Positions 1 through 12,347 of a stretch of 64,000 bases of DNA are shown piece after piece. Each line of letters begins with the position of its first letter. Position 1 is the stretch's first letter. A program made the position numbers and the translations under genes. Origin of the DNA: Oopsacas minuta (taxonomy: Eukaryota; Animalia; Porifera); contig JAKMXF010000222.1 in NCBI GenBank assembly GCA_024704765.1, forward strand, positions 1-64,000. Reading direction: 5' to 3'. The notes beneath the pieces are model-generated. The model had not been told where the DNA came from and did not search any database. It saw only the letters and a list, made by a program, of their open reading frames with translations.

Positions 1-568
1 TACATTATCCATTATCTGCAACAATAATTCAACATTCATACACATTATCCATTATCTATTTATCTCTAATACTAGGAAGACACTCCATAACCCAGCTTTC
101 AATCCCAAAATCCATCCTTCACTGCTATCCATTTAGTCTCTCGGCGTGAATACACTCATCCACTCACACCCCTCAGATTCTTCTATTCTTCTACAATCAC
201 ATCAAAATCGTTCACTCCTATCCACCCATGTGTCTATATATGATCGGAACTGAACATAATATTTAGAACTTTCTCTTCTCTTCTTTGTTTCTTCTCCATC
301 TACTTAGTTTGAGACTCATCGTGGGAATTCATGCATTTGTCGCGGCCTGCAACTCTCGCCACGGAGCGGAACTTTACTAAGTTATTCAAATGTGTTCACT
401 CCCATCCATTTTACTCAGCTACAACCTGAGGAACTACAGAATGATTCATATTTGTTATGCTATTAATTGTATACAAGCTCTTGTAACGATCAGAGAAAAT
501 TCAATGAAATATACAATTGTATGATACTAATATTAATGGGTTAGAATCTAAAATATAAGTCTAATTAG

Positions 569-782
569 AAGGACATTTCTTATAATGATAAGAGCATTCC
601 TTACAAGGACATTTCTTATATTATAAGACCATCTTTATAAGGACATTTCTTATAATTATAAGAGCATACCTTGTAAGGACATTTCCTATGATTATAAGAG
701 CATTCCTTATAAGGACATTTCTTATATTTATTAGAGCATTCCTTATAAGGACATTTCTTATAATTCTAGGAGCATTCCTATT
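569..782. repeat. Minisatellite, about 6 copies of a 34-36 bp unit (aaggacatttcttataattataagagcattccttat)
   Basis: The aaggac anchor recurs at 569, 605, 639, 675, 711 and 747. Units are contiguous with no unique spacers and contain the palindromes tccttataagga and tcttataattataaga. Confidence 0.92.
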
Positions 783-904
783 AATGTATATTTCATCAAA
801 AAGGCAAAGTTTCCTAATGAAACTAAACAATAACATAGAAATAAATCACCAATACAGATACTGAATATAACAGTTCCATTTGATATGCATTCTTACAACA
901 TATA

Positions 905-3900
905 CTATTCGGGACGATTGCATTTCTTACGCTTATCAATATCTTCCAGTGGTCCCCAGCTTCCTTCTGGGAAGGGATTATACACCCTTTCCCTTGATTG
1001 AGTATTTCCTTGTTGAGCAAACTTTCCAGTCAAATATTTCCATGAATTAATTCTATCTGCTTCGGTTACAGACTCCCGATCGCTCCAGATTGTCTTTTCA
1101 AGGAATATCAATGGCTGCTGGCCAGTTGATGTCTGAGTCCGGGTAGCGGGTTTAGGCTTAGCAACTTGAACACAAGACGGACTAGGAGGGCGACTAGTCA
1201 TCAGTTCGGTTGGGAGAAGCTCTGAAGCGCTGAGTGATGGTGGTTCCTGTTTAGGCGATTGGTGACTCCATTGCTGTTCCCTTTCTTTCCTTCTCCATGG
1301 ATCTGATCGGGATAATGAACCTTCATCAATATCTTCATACTCCATATTACTTTTAAAGTAGAAACTATCGTCATGTGAGCCTGTAACTTTGTTATTATTG
1401 GGAGGTAATTTCCAGCTGTCTTTCTTATCATTGAATTTTTCACTCCAATGTGAAAACGCTCCTAGTAATTCTGTATTCTCTCGAGTTATACCACTAACTT
1501 TGGATAAATTACTAGACTTATTTGTGTTAGTACTAGCATTTATATCTTTGTTATCACGGGACCATTTAGTGCTATTAGAAGCTGGCAGTTTAGCATTCGT
1601 ATTAGATGTGTAACAGGATGGATGAGATACTATTTTAACCTTAGATTTCTGTTTAAGAGTAGACTCAGAGGGAGCCTCTCCAAGGATAGCAGAGCTTCCT
1701 GACTTATCTGGTACTGTGTGTTGTTGTTGTTGTTGTTGTTGGTGGTGTTGTCCTATATCTTGAAATTGTTTCAATAGAGAAGGAATGTCAAGAGGAACAT
1801 GGGACTTTGGATTCGATGTTGAATTCCCAAACACATTCACTAAATTACAGTGATAGCAGAGCCAACAATATTGAACATGTAAACTTAGGATTCTAGGTGG
1901 CATGCCTAAACTATTAGCGAGTAGATTGATGTAGTCGCCTTGTGGAACACAGCACTGAGCTTGATTCTGGAGGAGTACACTAAGTTGTGAGAGAGTCTGT
2001 TGGTCTAATACTCCAGACTGTTCCTGAGAATCCCTAGGAATAGTACTTTTCATTGACTGAGGCATAGGATAGTTTCCAAGTAATTTACGTAACACGTTAG
2101 CATCAGGCACGAAAGGCTCAGCATCTGTTGAAAGAATAGAGGATAGTTGTTCGTGAGTTTCTCCTGTCAAATTGGGAGAGTCAATTGTCAATGGAGCGCA
2201 TACTTGTTCAATTCGTAGTTTGAGTTCTTCCGACATTCCAGAAAAAGGAACTCTCTTTGGAATACTTTTTGGTTCATCTTTCGCACTCTCTCCTTTCCTA
2301 ACGCTAGCTTTTCCTCTCGTAGTAGTTTGGTCAATATTATTGTGAGTAGAGCTAGAGCCAGTATACCTGTCTTCATCACGTGTTAAGATCGATATTTTCT
2401 TTACTTTAGATTCATAATTAGGAGTAATCTCCTTAGCTACAGATGGAATGTTACCTGCTAGAGGTAGTCTATCCTTTACAGATTGTGTAGATTTGGGTAG
2501 AGTCACGGGACATGTAGTAGCCACATTATTTCGCACATCAGAGCTATTTCTCAATCCTTTGGAAGATTCCGAAGATAGAGAGATATTACTTTTGTCTTCT
2601 TCCTTCTTCAAGGCTATATCCTCACATCTAGGCCTATCAGTATACGAAATTAACGAAGGTACAGAATGCTTTTGAGTGTTGTCACATTGAAATGGAAAAG
2701 TAGGAATTGAATTGCTTTCTGGCAGACTTTCCTTCTTAGTTTGTGAATACTTGGGACCTTCATGATTCATGCTCGTGTGTAGTGGGAGAGGACCCTTAGG
2801 AGGCGTGGTAACCTGAATGTAGGCTGTCTGGTCTGTCTTCGGATCTGAAACCTGGTATATACCTTGCTTTGTAGAATTAACAATTGGTTTCCGGAGATTA
2901 TCTGATAAGTTCTCATCAATCACCTCAGTTTCGAATGCTTCTTGCAGCCCTACTCCTTGAGGTTGTACCTCTGGTATAGCAGAAGTAGGTGAGTTAGTTT
3001 TAAATGATTTGCTTCTATCCTTTTCCTTCTGCTTTTTACTTTTAGACTTTTTGTATCTATTGGTACGAATAGGCTGGAATAGCTTCTTAGATTCTAAAGT
3101 CGGTTGAGTGGTAGGAGAATCTCTTTTCAATTCATCCTCATTAGATGGTAAAACAGATTTAATATCAGATTTTATATTCCGATCTTTCTTCTCTTCGTTA
3201 CGATTCTTTGGTATTATTTCTATAAATTGTTCCGTAATATGAGTTGGGTTGGCTTTGAAATTTGGCGAGATAGATGAGTTATTCTGCTTAAGATCTTCCA
3301 CTAATTGCCGATTTATTTGGCTTTCTTTCTCAAGTATTTGTATCGGCTTTACTACGCTTGTTTTCTGTGGAGTAGCAATACCACCAATCGTACCATTCTG
3401 AGGTTTAGAATCCTGTTTAATTATGCTTGATGACCCGTTAGAAACTCTGAAAGATAAATCAGGAACGTAAGAACTATGCATAATATCCATCAGATCCTGA
3501 TGAATTGGGCTCTGTATCGGAGAGATTATAGCACCAATCCTAGTTCCTTTTTCTCCCTCCCTCTCCCCACAAACTTGTCTATGCATATTTACAATGCTCT
3601 TCACAAGAGCACTTGATTTCTCCAGTTTCCGCTTCAGATCTTCAGGATCTTCTTCGAGTCCTTTGGAAAATGAAAACATGTCAGCAAGCTTAAATACTTT
3701 ATCCATTCCCTCTGCACTGTAAGAGGTCCTCATACCAGGAATAGGCATATTCAAGATATCCTCCTCTTCAGGCTGTAAGCTAAGGTAAATAGCCAAGATC
3801 AGTGCAGCTAACAAGACAGGTAATGTAATGTAAGGTAAGTAAGGTTCCCATGAAGCTTTCATAGTAACGCGTGAACATAGTGGTAAATAATCAGCTGCAA

Positions 3901-6900
3901 TTACTGCATAGAGTTTGAATATAAGTTTCTGCCCATGTCTTGTCATGAGAATAAGATCGCGATGAATGTAGTAGAGAGTAAAGTCCGGAGTAAATGTAAT
4001 ATCAATTTCAACAGATGTGTTTGGTTTAAGAGTAAATGCTTTGCATTGTCTAATAGAAAACCCATAGCCCTGACAGGGATAGCCATTAATAGAGAGAGAT
4101 TCAATGTGTATAGGAAGCTGTCCTTGGTTACGAGCTATGAATTTGTGAGTTAGCGAGAGAGCAGAAGGAGATATTTGATTTGTAGAAGTGCATTCAATAA
4201 GATTATCCTCTGTCATATTAAAGAATAGTGTTTCCATTGAGTCAGGCATTTTACCATCCAAGGAGAATTTACCTTCAGCTCCGCAACCTTGTATTACTAC
4301 TGCATCCATCACTGTAAGGTTATTACGAAATAGAATAACCGAATAGGCAGACTCTTCATCAAGAGGCTCAAACGCTACTGTAATATTAACTACAGATTTG
4401 GGAGGAAGAACATATGTCCATGCAAAATCAGAGACAGATCTATCCAGAGCTTCCAGATAGCTCGTAGGATGAGCGGTGTCTGGGTAATGATAGATCCCTG
4501 AAGCAGGAGTTTCTATGAGGGAAAATGGAGAAATATGACGAGTAGGGAAAGATGGAATATCTAACCAATCATCTACAATATCTAACGCAGCTTGTTCATC
4601 AGGATATATATGAAGCAGGAGAGCTTGTACTACGAGAGGTAGGTCTCCAGGATTGAATACTGGTACTGATCGTGTTGAATAATTGCCTATCAATGTGAGA
4701 GGAAACTGTATAGGAGCATCAGGAGTTATAGAAGGCCACTGAAGTGAAGCTTCAACTTCTACTTTAACCCCAGAAACAAAATCTGTGTCTAATTCAAAGT
4801 TAGCAACAGCTCTAGTAAGTTCTTCATTTTGGCACTCTTTCCACACAGCTTGTATTCGTTCGTACTGGCGAGTGTCTACTTCTGCTACACTGCCTCTCAA
4901 GTCTAAGCTGCTGAGCCAATCTGTAGATTGTACTTCAGAGAAACCACCAGTGAATACTTTACCGGGAAATCCTCTGATAGGATCAAATGCTAACTTAGCT
5001 ATGTGAGTGGAAGAGAATGCAGATAGTTCTATGTTACCAATACTTGGATCTTCAAGGTATATTCTAGGATCTGTGGGGTCAATCCTTCTCAAATCATTTA
5101 TCCGCACTGTTTGAGTAAATGTATTTCTAATAATTATATCTTTCTTCTCCACATGACCAGGAAAGGAAGGTTGAAATACAATTCGTTGTGCTTCCAAAGT
5201 TCCAGAGATGGATCGGTAGTGAACACGTACATGAAGTCGTTGGTGATCAGTAACTAGAATAACCTCTGAGGTGACGTCACCACTAGTTGGTCTGGTTAGT
5301 TTGTAGTGGAGTGTAGCTTCGTGCTTCGATTGAATTACAAATGGTACATCTGAGCCTAAATCAATACAAATATAAATGATACTATTATTAGCCTAATAAG
5401 AATACAATCTTACCTGTCATAGAGATGAGCTGTCCTTCCTGTAGAGGGAGTATTACCATCTTTTCAAAAGTTAAGTGAGGATTAGAAATAATCATTTCAC
5501 GAACTGTAATAACATCAGCATTCATATTTCGCAGTTTGAATGATTGGTTCTTGGTAATATCAGGGTGTATTACTCCAAACTCAAGCTCACTAGCTCCATC
5601 CGTCAATTCAAGCTGTTGGTTGTATATACGGATTGGAATTTGGAAGTTAGAAGTGTTTGTATAAAGTTGTAAATAAGAATGCGAGTTGATCAGAGCCCTA
5701 CTCGGCATAAATCGCAGGGAAAGAATAACAGCTCTATCATGTGGGAGAATAAGAAGTGGCCAATGGAACTCGTGTAGACTCAAATATCCGGTCTCTTCTC
5801 CACCACTCTCACCATAAGATATTTTAGCATCAAACAATGCTAGAGAATATCTGAAAGTGTGGCTAAGCCATACACTCACTGTCTGAGGACGAGATGGCAG
5901 TGTACTTGAGTGTAAATTCAAATTAGGAACATTGAGGTGTCCATATACGATACTAGCTCTGTAGGGAATCCGTATTGAATCAGTCCACTTACTACTGCCT
6001 TCTCCGCTACTGACATTAACGAGAACAGATCCTGTTATCAGTGAAAGGTTCAGAGGCAGGTCTCTCGGGTTTAACTTGAGGACACCTACAGATAGGGCTA
6101 TCCCAGGATCCAATTTCAGATGCTGGTACTGCTGTATTGTAAGATAACGACCTGATTTACTGGCGGATAGAGAACTAACTTTTACAATAGCATCAGATGG
6201 ATTATAGAGAGAAATATTCAGAGATTTCAATTCGTCTGAAGAACGTATCAAACCGAAATCTAATTCTTGAGATGTAGAGACGATATTCTCGCGAGACACG
6301 ACTTCTACTTCTAACGGGATTATCAGTTGGGCGCCTGTATCCTTATCAAAATTAGTTCTGATACGAATAAATGCTGTATAACGATCAATTCTGTCTGCGA
6401 AGAAGGTTAGACGCATCACTTCCTTGCTCTGATAAGGTGGTACCTCCCAAGAACTAGACTCATCTGAGGAGAGCAGCTCAAGATGTAAATCTAAGGCAGT
6501 AGAGTACATCTCTGTAATCTGTAAGGGATTTTCGTGAGGATTGTATACAGACACAGTAGGACTGTAACTATAGTTAAGAGGGATACGTGCAGAGAGCGAG
6601 TGAACATGGTAGGGATTAGCAGTCCCTGTCCCGGATACTGGTAGCGGGAATGTGAACCCGTCTTCTGAGTGGATATGAAGAGTAGATTCAATCGGTCCGA
6701 CCTCTCTGGGTAAGAAGTAAACGTCGAAACAGGTGTGCTCTCCTGGAAGTATGAACTCCGATTGGAAGAAAGAAGGATGGAAGTCAGAAGAAGTCCCTGA
6801 GACAGATGTCAAATGCAGCACTCTTTTCTGACTGTGATTGATAATTTGAATTCTCTTATCTGTATGCTGTCCTACTGGATGGTTATTAAACCAAAGTACA

Positions 6901-7250
6901 GATGGCACAAACTCTACCAGATTATCTATTAACATGGAAGAGAGAGTATCTTTATCATCATCATAGAACTTATGTACGCCAGGGCAATTAGGACCGCGAG
7001 GAGTCACTCGAGAGAGTCCATTCTTGAGAGTACAAGTTGGTATGTTGTCGGGACGTGAGCTATCTGCTGCGAGGGGATTACTCTGATGAGCTTTGTTAGG
7101 GATATCGCTATGTGGAATACCGTGAGGAACTAGCAGGAGGCAAGATATTATGAGCAGGTATAGAGCTGTGGATTTTGTAGTTTGAGAGAGAGAGGAGATT
7201 AGTCTAAGCGGAAACACACCCATGAATGAAGAAGTCAATAACATTGCCAT
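905..7250 (-). CDS. TMEM131: Transmembrane protein 131 (TMEM131 family), 2 exons: 7250-5414 and 5355-905, ~2095 aa
   Basis: Motifs typical of TMEM131: FHPSFFQ..ILPGEHTCFDVYFLPREVG, LQWPS, FPLTLIG, RNNLTVMDAVVIQG, PCQGYGF. A TM segment (PYLPYITLPVLLAALILAIYL) precedes a long low-complexity tail. A 58-bp GT-AG intron (5356-5413) joins the two ORFs in frame. Confidence 0.92.
1719..1740 (-). repeat. (CAA)n coding microsatellite giving a poly-Gln tract in the TMEM131 tail
   Basis: tgttgttgt... run on the + strand; translated HHQQQQQQQH. Confidence 0.85.
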
Positions 7251-7585
7251 TAATAGCTAGGAATTAGGGGAATATAATTGGTAAATTTCATTGTTTCCCA
7301 CCTCAACATCCCTTTTATACAAAATGAAATGCTAACATATGATAAAATTGCATGGGAATAGTAGGAAATCATTGAAGAATAAAACCTCCCATAGAAAGGA
7401 CATATCATTGTAAATCATACTACTTACATATTATAAGTCAGCTATTTGTAATCAATCATAAAGAATTGTGTAATACATATAAATAATTAAATACTACTCA
7501 CAAAGGATAAATTAACATTTAAGTGGAAATTGCTGAAACAAAAGTATAAATCAAATTTACCTAAATCTACCTGAAACATTCGCAG

Positions 7586-9256
7586 CTATCGAATGTCATA
7601 ATCCTCAAAAAACACATTTTGTTCTATCAATATTTCCTCTCCGAAGTGAGTTTCAGATTTGTTATCATCGCTATCTTCAGAATCATACCCGGTTTTAGTA
7701 ATTGCTCCTTCTACTATATCATCTTGTCTACCACTGAAATTATCCTTTCTGTCCTCTCCTAGTAATGCCCCAGGGTCAAGACGATCATGTAACCCAGTTT
7801 TGTTAATAACTTGTTGCAAAACCTCTCGAGTAGAGCTTCCAGGACCAACTTGCACTTCAAGAATCCGTTTCTTCCTACAAACTGCTTGCTTGCTAGCAAT
7901 ATTCCTCCTCCTCTCAGCTCGCAGGACAAGCTCCGCTTCATATTCACCGAATTCAGACATCCAAAGCTCTGTCTTATGTTCCGATTCTTCATTTGTCAAG
8001 ATGTAATCGTCCAGTTCTATTTCATCAAGGCCTGTAGTATCAAGTTCATCTTCTGCTCCAATTTCTAACAAATTAATAACATAAATATTTATATTATTCT
8101 GAAACTGCTAAACTCACTCGTATGCTCCTCACTATTCTCTGCATAGAAAGAGAAACGCTCCAATTCACTCTGTGAAGAAGGCTCCAGAGGGAGAGGGCCC
8201 ACTTCTTTCAGTTTCTGTAAATATCTGGCCTTAGCTATTGTCTCATCAACATTCAAACTTTTCCTACTCATTGAGAAAGAACTGCTGTCAGGACTATCAT
8301 CTTCATCAGAGAAGTCAGAATCAATACTTAATGGACTCTGAGTTTGATTTTGTGAGAAGGAAGGTGGTTCCTCCTCTCTGAGCAGATCTACTCGAAAGAA
8401 TTCGTCAATGGTAAGGGCACAAGATGGAGTTCTCTTGAACTCATTGAGTCTCTTCTTAATGGTGGAATGATGGAGGCCCACTACACGAGATATCTCCCGG
8501 ACATGTATTCTGAATCCGCTTAGACGGCCTGCAATAAATAGCGATGCTCCGTAGAGTCCGCATGGATGTCTCCCTACATTCATCCAATCTCTCTTCATAC
8601 GGGCAACTAACCTCAGTGCTGTAGTAGCAACCTATGAGCAAATATACATAAGTTAAGCTACAGAAATAACTATAGTAATATATTACCTCGTGTCTCTTAT
8701 CTCCTAGAGATAGTTTGGAAGAGAAGCGAAGAATATACTGCCAGGGATCTCCCAGCGGGAGGGTTAAGTGAAGACCTTTAGTAAGTTTAAGAAATAGTCT
8801 GCCAAGTGTAAACAAGTTTACTCTCAGAATATCTGCAAAATCCATCAACATGTGTGGGGTACCCTCCAGCCGACAGGTTATATACAGAAGTACTGCATCG
8901 GCTATTTTATTCCTGAAACCTTTGAGCAGTCCCTGAGATGTAGCCAGTTTGAAAAATGAAAATCCTGTCTCTATACTGGCTGAGGAGAGTCTCAACTTAG
9001 CTCCCAGACACAACAGCCGCTTCTTAGCTTGTCCAGCTGTAGATTTGCTCAATTTACGTCTCTCATAGCTAGTTAAGCCATCAGCGTAGAGTAACTGACC
9101 GAATACAGATGGTCCCCCGCTCTCCTTATCAAAGGAAACTTCGGTTACAATGTTACTCTCATTACAGACAGCCCCGCAGTCAGTACACACAATCTCACCG
9201 CGTTCAGGACAGGTTTCCAGAGGTGCTTCAGATCCACAATACTTACAACTCACCAT
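7586..9256 (-). CDS. BRF1: Transcription factor IIIB 90 kDa subunit (BRF1), 3 exons: 9256-8687, 8631-8118, 8064-7586, ~520 aa
   Basis: TFIIB zinc ribbon (CKYCG...CTDCG), cyclin folds with LYITCRLEGTPHMLMDF and RMKRDWMNVGRHPCGL, and BRF homology block (LDDYILTNEE..KTELW). Introns of 55 and 53 bp restore the frame. Confidence 0.95.
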
Positions 9257-9439
9257 TGAATTATATGGCTATTACTTTGGTTGTTCCATTCAATATATAC
9301 TTTATGGTCACTATAATCTAAATTTAGCATATAGTACAATATGGTTCTGTGCTATTAATAGAATTGCGTAGTATTTATTATCAGCAATTTAAGTTAAAAA
9401 TTAATTAAGTGTCAAATGATTTACTTAATTAACAAGTAA

Positions 9440-10927
9440 TTAGAGATTATCGTGACTGTTAACCACAGTTTGGGAATGTCTAGGCAATTCAATTAGTTTC
9501 TCAGCTGGCCTGGAAGCAGAATTTTGGCTGAGAAATTTCGGTTTATTTGGTTTCTGAGGTGCATGTGCTCTGGGCTTGGGAGGGAGGGTTGGTTTATGGG
9601 CAATATCTTGAGGCATAAGCTTAGGAATGTGTGGTTTAGGGTGGATGAGTGGTCTGTATTTCTTGGTTTGTGCCTGACGTAGCTCGGTTATTTCGAAGTC
9701 TAGAGGGTCGTTATAATCTGCATCAGGACTAAGTACAGGAATAGAGGGGTCCTTATTAAACCTAGTCATTGGTGTACAGGGTGTATCCTCTGGTATAATA
9801 TACTCCATGCGACTGCCTGTGCTATGATTCCTATGAGGTACTCTAAGCTTGGGAGATTCTATAAAAGAGGTAGGAACAGAGGTCTTAGGAATAGGAGTAT
9901 CAGTCAGTAATCTGGGTTCTATGTAATCCTGTGTGAGGTTAGCATCAAATCCTCTCCCACGACTATTAGGCTCCATTATACGGGAAGATATGCGAGGAGG
10001 AGGAACAGGCTTAGATAATCTGCGTGGGACAAGATAACGACCTTCTGCTTCAATAATAATATTATTCAAAGGGGTAGGAGTCGGGGGCTGTGTAGGAATA
10101 AACACATTTTCTAAACTCTTAGAGTGTTGGCGAGCATAAGACTTGTCATGTTTGCTAGATTCTAGGTAAAAAGAGTCATCTTTTACATAAGTAGAAGAAT
10201 TAGGCATTTGAGTTATAATAGCTTCAGTGGATGTCCGTTTTTTGGGGCTTTGGAAATATTCGAATGAAACTGAATCATCAAATGAATTAGAAGTGACTAA
10301 TACCCCAGCACAGTACTTGTCTATTGGTTCTGATACAGAAGAAGCCTGAGGTCTTTTGGTAACTTGATTCTTTCTAATTCCTTTAAAGTTATTACTTAGA
10401 AACTGATTCAATCTATATTTTATAAAGTTCATCTTGTCCCCCTTCCCTATTCGTTTGTTTTCCTTTATAGAACTTCTACCCTCTTCATAATCTTTAGGAG
10501 GGTCAGCAGCTAATCTATTGGTGTCACTGTCAATGTATTCGTAATTACAGCCGGTTTGTTGTTTCATTATATTCGTGTCGTCATTCCAGGCCTCTTGGTT
10601 ATCCAGAGCAATAGAATTGTACCAGTTAAGAACCTCCTCGGGTACATTAGAGAATTCTCCTGATTCAATAGCCTCCAGGGTTTTGGCTATGTGATCATCC
10701 ATGTTTTCTTGATCCAAGTACGAGTAAATGCCAATTGGGTCCTCACTGGAGGGAGGCATCGTCTGAATTCGCTTTACTTGACGCTGGAAATTGTTTCGCA
10801 TGACTGGCATCTTTATTGGCGTTAGATAGTAGTCTGGATTATAATCAGAACCTCTTGGAGCAATGCGAGGCACAACTGATTGCCTTGTTGTCATTATAAT
10901 TGGTAGATTGTATGAATAATTATCCAC
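9440..10927 (-). CDS. Uncharacterised Pro/Ser/Tyr-rich, probably disordered protein (~485-495 aa)
   Basis: 1488-bp open frame in AT-rich DNA, fitting between neighbouring genes. The ORF track uses a GTG start; the first ATG is at 10894. Contains PxxP motifs (PVPPPR, PTLPPKP) and no fold I recognise. Confidence 0.7.
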   Translation of the reverse strand: MDNYSYNLPIIMTTRQSVVPRIAPRGSDYNPDYYLTPIKMPVMRNNFQRQVKRIQTMPPSSEDPIGIYSYLDQENMDDHIAKTLEAIESGEFSNVPEEVLNWYNSIALDNQEAWNDDTNIMKQQTGCNYEYIDSDTNRLAADPPKDYEEGRSSIKENKRIGKGDKMNFIKYRLNQFLSNNFKGIRKNQVTKRPQASSVSEPIDKYCAGVLVTSNSFDDSVSFEYFQSPKKRTSTEAIITQMPNSSTYVKDDSFYLESSKHDKSYARQHSKSLENVFIPTQPPTPTPLNNIIIEAEGRYLVPRRLSKPVPPPRISSRIMEPNSRGRGFDANLTQDYIEPRLLTDTPIPKTSVPTSFIESPKLRVPHRNHSTGSRMEYIIPEDTPCTPMTRFNKDPSIPVLSPDADYNDPLDFEITELRQAQTKKYRPLIHPKPHIPKLMPQDIAHKPTLPPKPRAHAPQKPNKPKFLSQNSASRPAEKLIELPRHSQTVVNSHDNL

Positions 10928-11486
10928 TATATTTTCTCTTTGTTATATATGATACAGCAGGAGATTATATTTACAGAGCCTACAAGAGTCATTGGAAATC
11001 TGATCTGGCCGCTAATAGAGAAAGAGATTTGGGTTTGAATATGTAAAACATAATACATTGCAATATCCCAGCAAAGTTAGGCTATAATAGTGCCGACATC
11101 ATAATTGTAGTAGAAATAGATTGATTTAGTCAACTCAATGATCTGTTCATCCGTTTGTACTTTCTGTGCTAGGTCAGGGTAGATAAGGAGTCGAATATAG
11201 AAAAATTTGTTCTATATTATATGTCAAATTATTGCAACAAGGTAGAAGAATATTTACGTATTGGGAGATTGGATATATTAAGAAATAAAGATAAGTTGCA
11301 TGTACGAACAAAGAGGTTAATTACAAATAAAAATAGAGATGTTTAGGCATGCAAACATTAATTAATTCTGGACAAGAATGTTGGGTTGCCAGCTGCGCGT
11401 AGCTAAACTGCCCTTGTTGAGAATTAATACATCAGATGCAAGCGAAATGCGGCGTTTATGTAAGGGAAACTTTCCATATTACAGAG

Positions 11487-11885
11487 TTACATATCTTCAT
11501 TCTGATAGTGAGCTATTTCCTCGATTAACTCCTCTTTAGTTCTGAGTAATACTTCTCTCTTCTCTTCAAGAACACGAACAGACTCTTCGAGCAAATGATC
11601 CTGCTCTCTATTCTTCTTACGTAATAGCTCAGTAGCGACGTTCTTTTTGGCTTGCTGACGTTTTCTCTTAAGAAGTACTTTCTCAGCGTCATTAAGCATC
11701 TTGCTTTTGAGGATAAGACCAAACTGGAAGATGGGGAGTGAAATAAGCTTGTCAAGGTCTACAAGGGACAAGAAGGGAGTACGATGATATTCATCACTCC
11801 ATTCTTCAATCAGAATATTTCTAGCTTCATAGCATTTCATGTAAGGTGCTGGTTCATTAGAGAATAGAGCATTAGTAGGATCCAT
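11487..11885 (-). CDS. Small CNC/Maf-like bZIP protein with a divergent basic region, 132 aa
   Basis: DKLISLPIFQFGLILKSKMLNDAEKVLLKRKRQQAKKNVATELLRKK aligns to the CNC pattern ([46 protein letters not shown]), followed by a leucine-rich heptad segment. Confidence 0.72.
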   Translation of the reverse strand: MDPTNALFSNEPAPYMKCYEARNILIEEWSDEYHRTPFLSLVDLDKLISLPIFQFGLILKSKMLNDAEKVLLKRKRQQAKKNVATELLRKKNREQDHLLEESVRVLEEKREVLLRTKEELIEEIAHYQNEDM

Positions 11886-12347
11886 TACAGTATAGAATAT
11901 TGTTACACAACAAGGTCAGCTACACAGGAAGATTATATACTTCTACTTCGAGGCGAACTCATTCCCATCCGCTAGCTACTATGACGATAACCGCGAAGAC
12001 AATTATGGGAACCTTGTCAATTCATTTCCAGTAATGAATATCTACGACATTAGCGTATTGATTTTGGTTAACTAATATTGGACCGAGTATGATTCAAACA
12101 AAAATAGAACTGGTAGAAATGGTACAGACAAGAGGATGATTCTAGAGAGTTGATCTATGCAAATTAAAGGTGCTACCTGCTGATAGTTTCAATGAGGATA
12201 TTGCAAATATTGACATTAAACAAAATGAAATAGAAACAGTTAATCTCGCAGCTATATACTTGTATACACCAAAAATGCAAATACACAGCTTAAATATACA
12301 GATAATGTGTCAAAAGTAAAATCCCGATAATTTCCATAATACAACGT

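Noticed and set aside
60-430. Recurrent ttcactc..atcca motif (119, 151, 211, 396) suggesting a decayed coding or repeat remnant
   Set aside because: All frames are interrupted by stops and I recognise no family, so it cannot be supported as a gene, pseudogene or element.
569-782. 36-bp repeats as a CRISPR array
   Set aside because: Units are contiguous with no unique spacers, there are no cas genes, and the context is an intron-containing eukaryotic genome.
621-836. 71-aa minus-strand ORF (IIRNVLIRNAL repeats)
   Set aside because: It is simply the translation of the minisatellite, with a TTG start and no other coding support.
7659-8068. Plus-strand ORFs opposite BRF1, and similar short ORFs opposite TMEM131, RYR, PISD, FBXO7, CLPX and others
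   Set aside because: They are antisense or alternate-frame shadows of well-supported genes, without recognisable motifs and mostly with non-ATG starts.
11385-11475. Locally GC-richer intergenic stretch as a possible ncRNA or SL RNA gene
   Set aside because: No recognisable tRNA, snRNA or Sm-site pattern and no convincing stem structure by eye.
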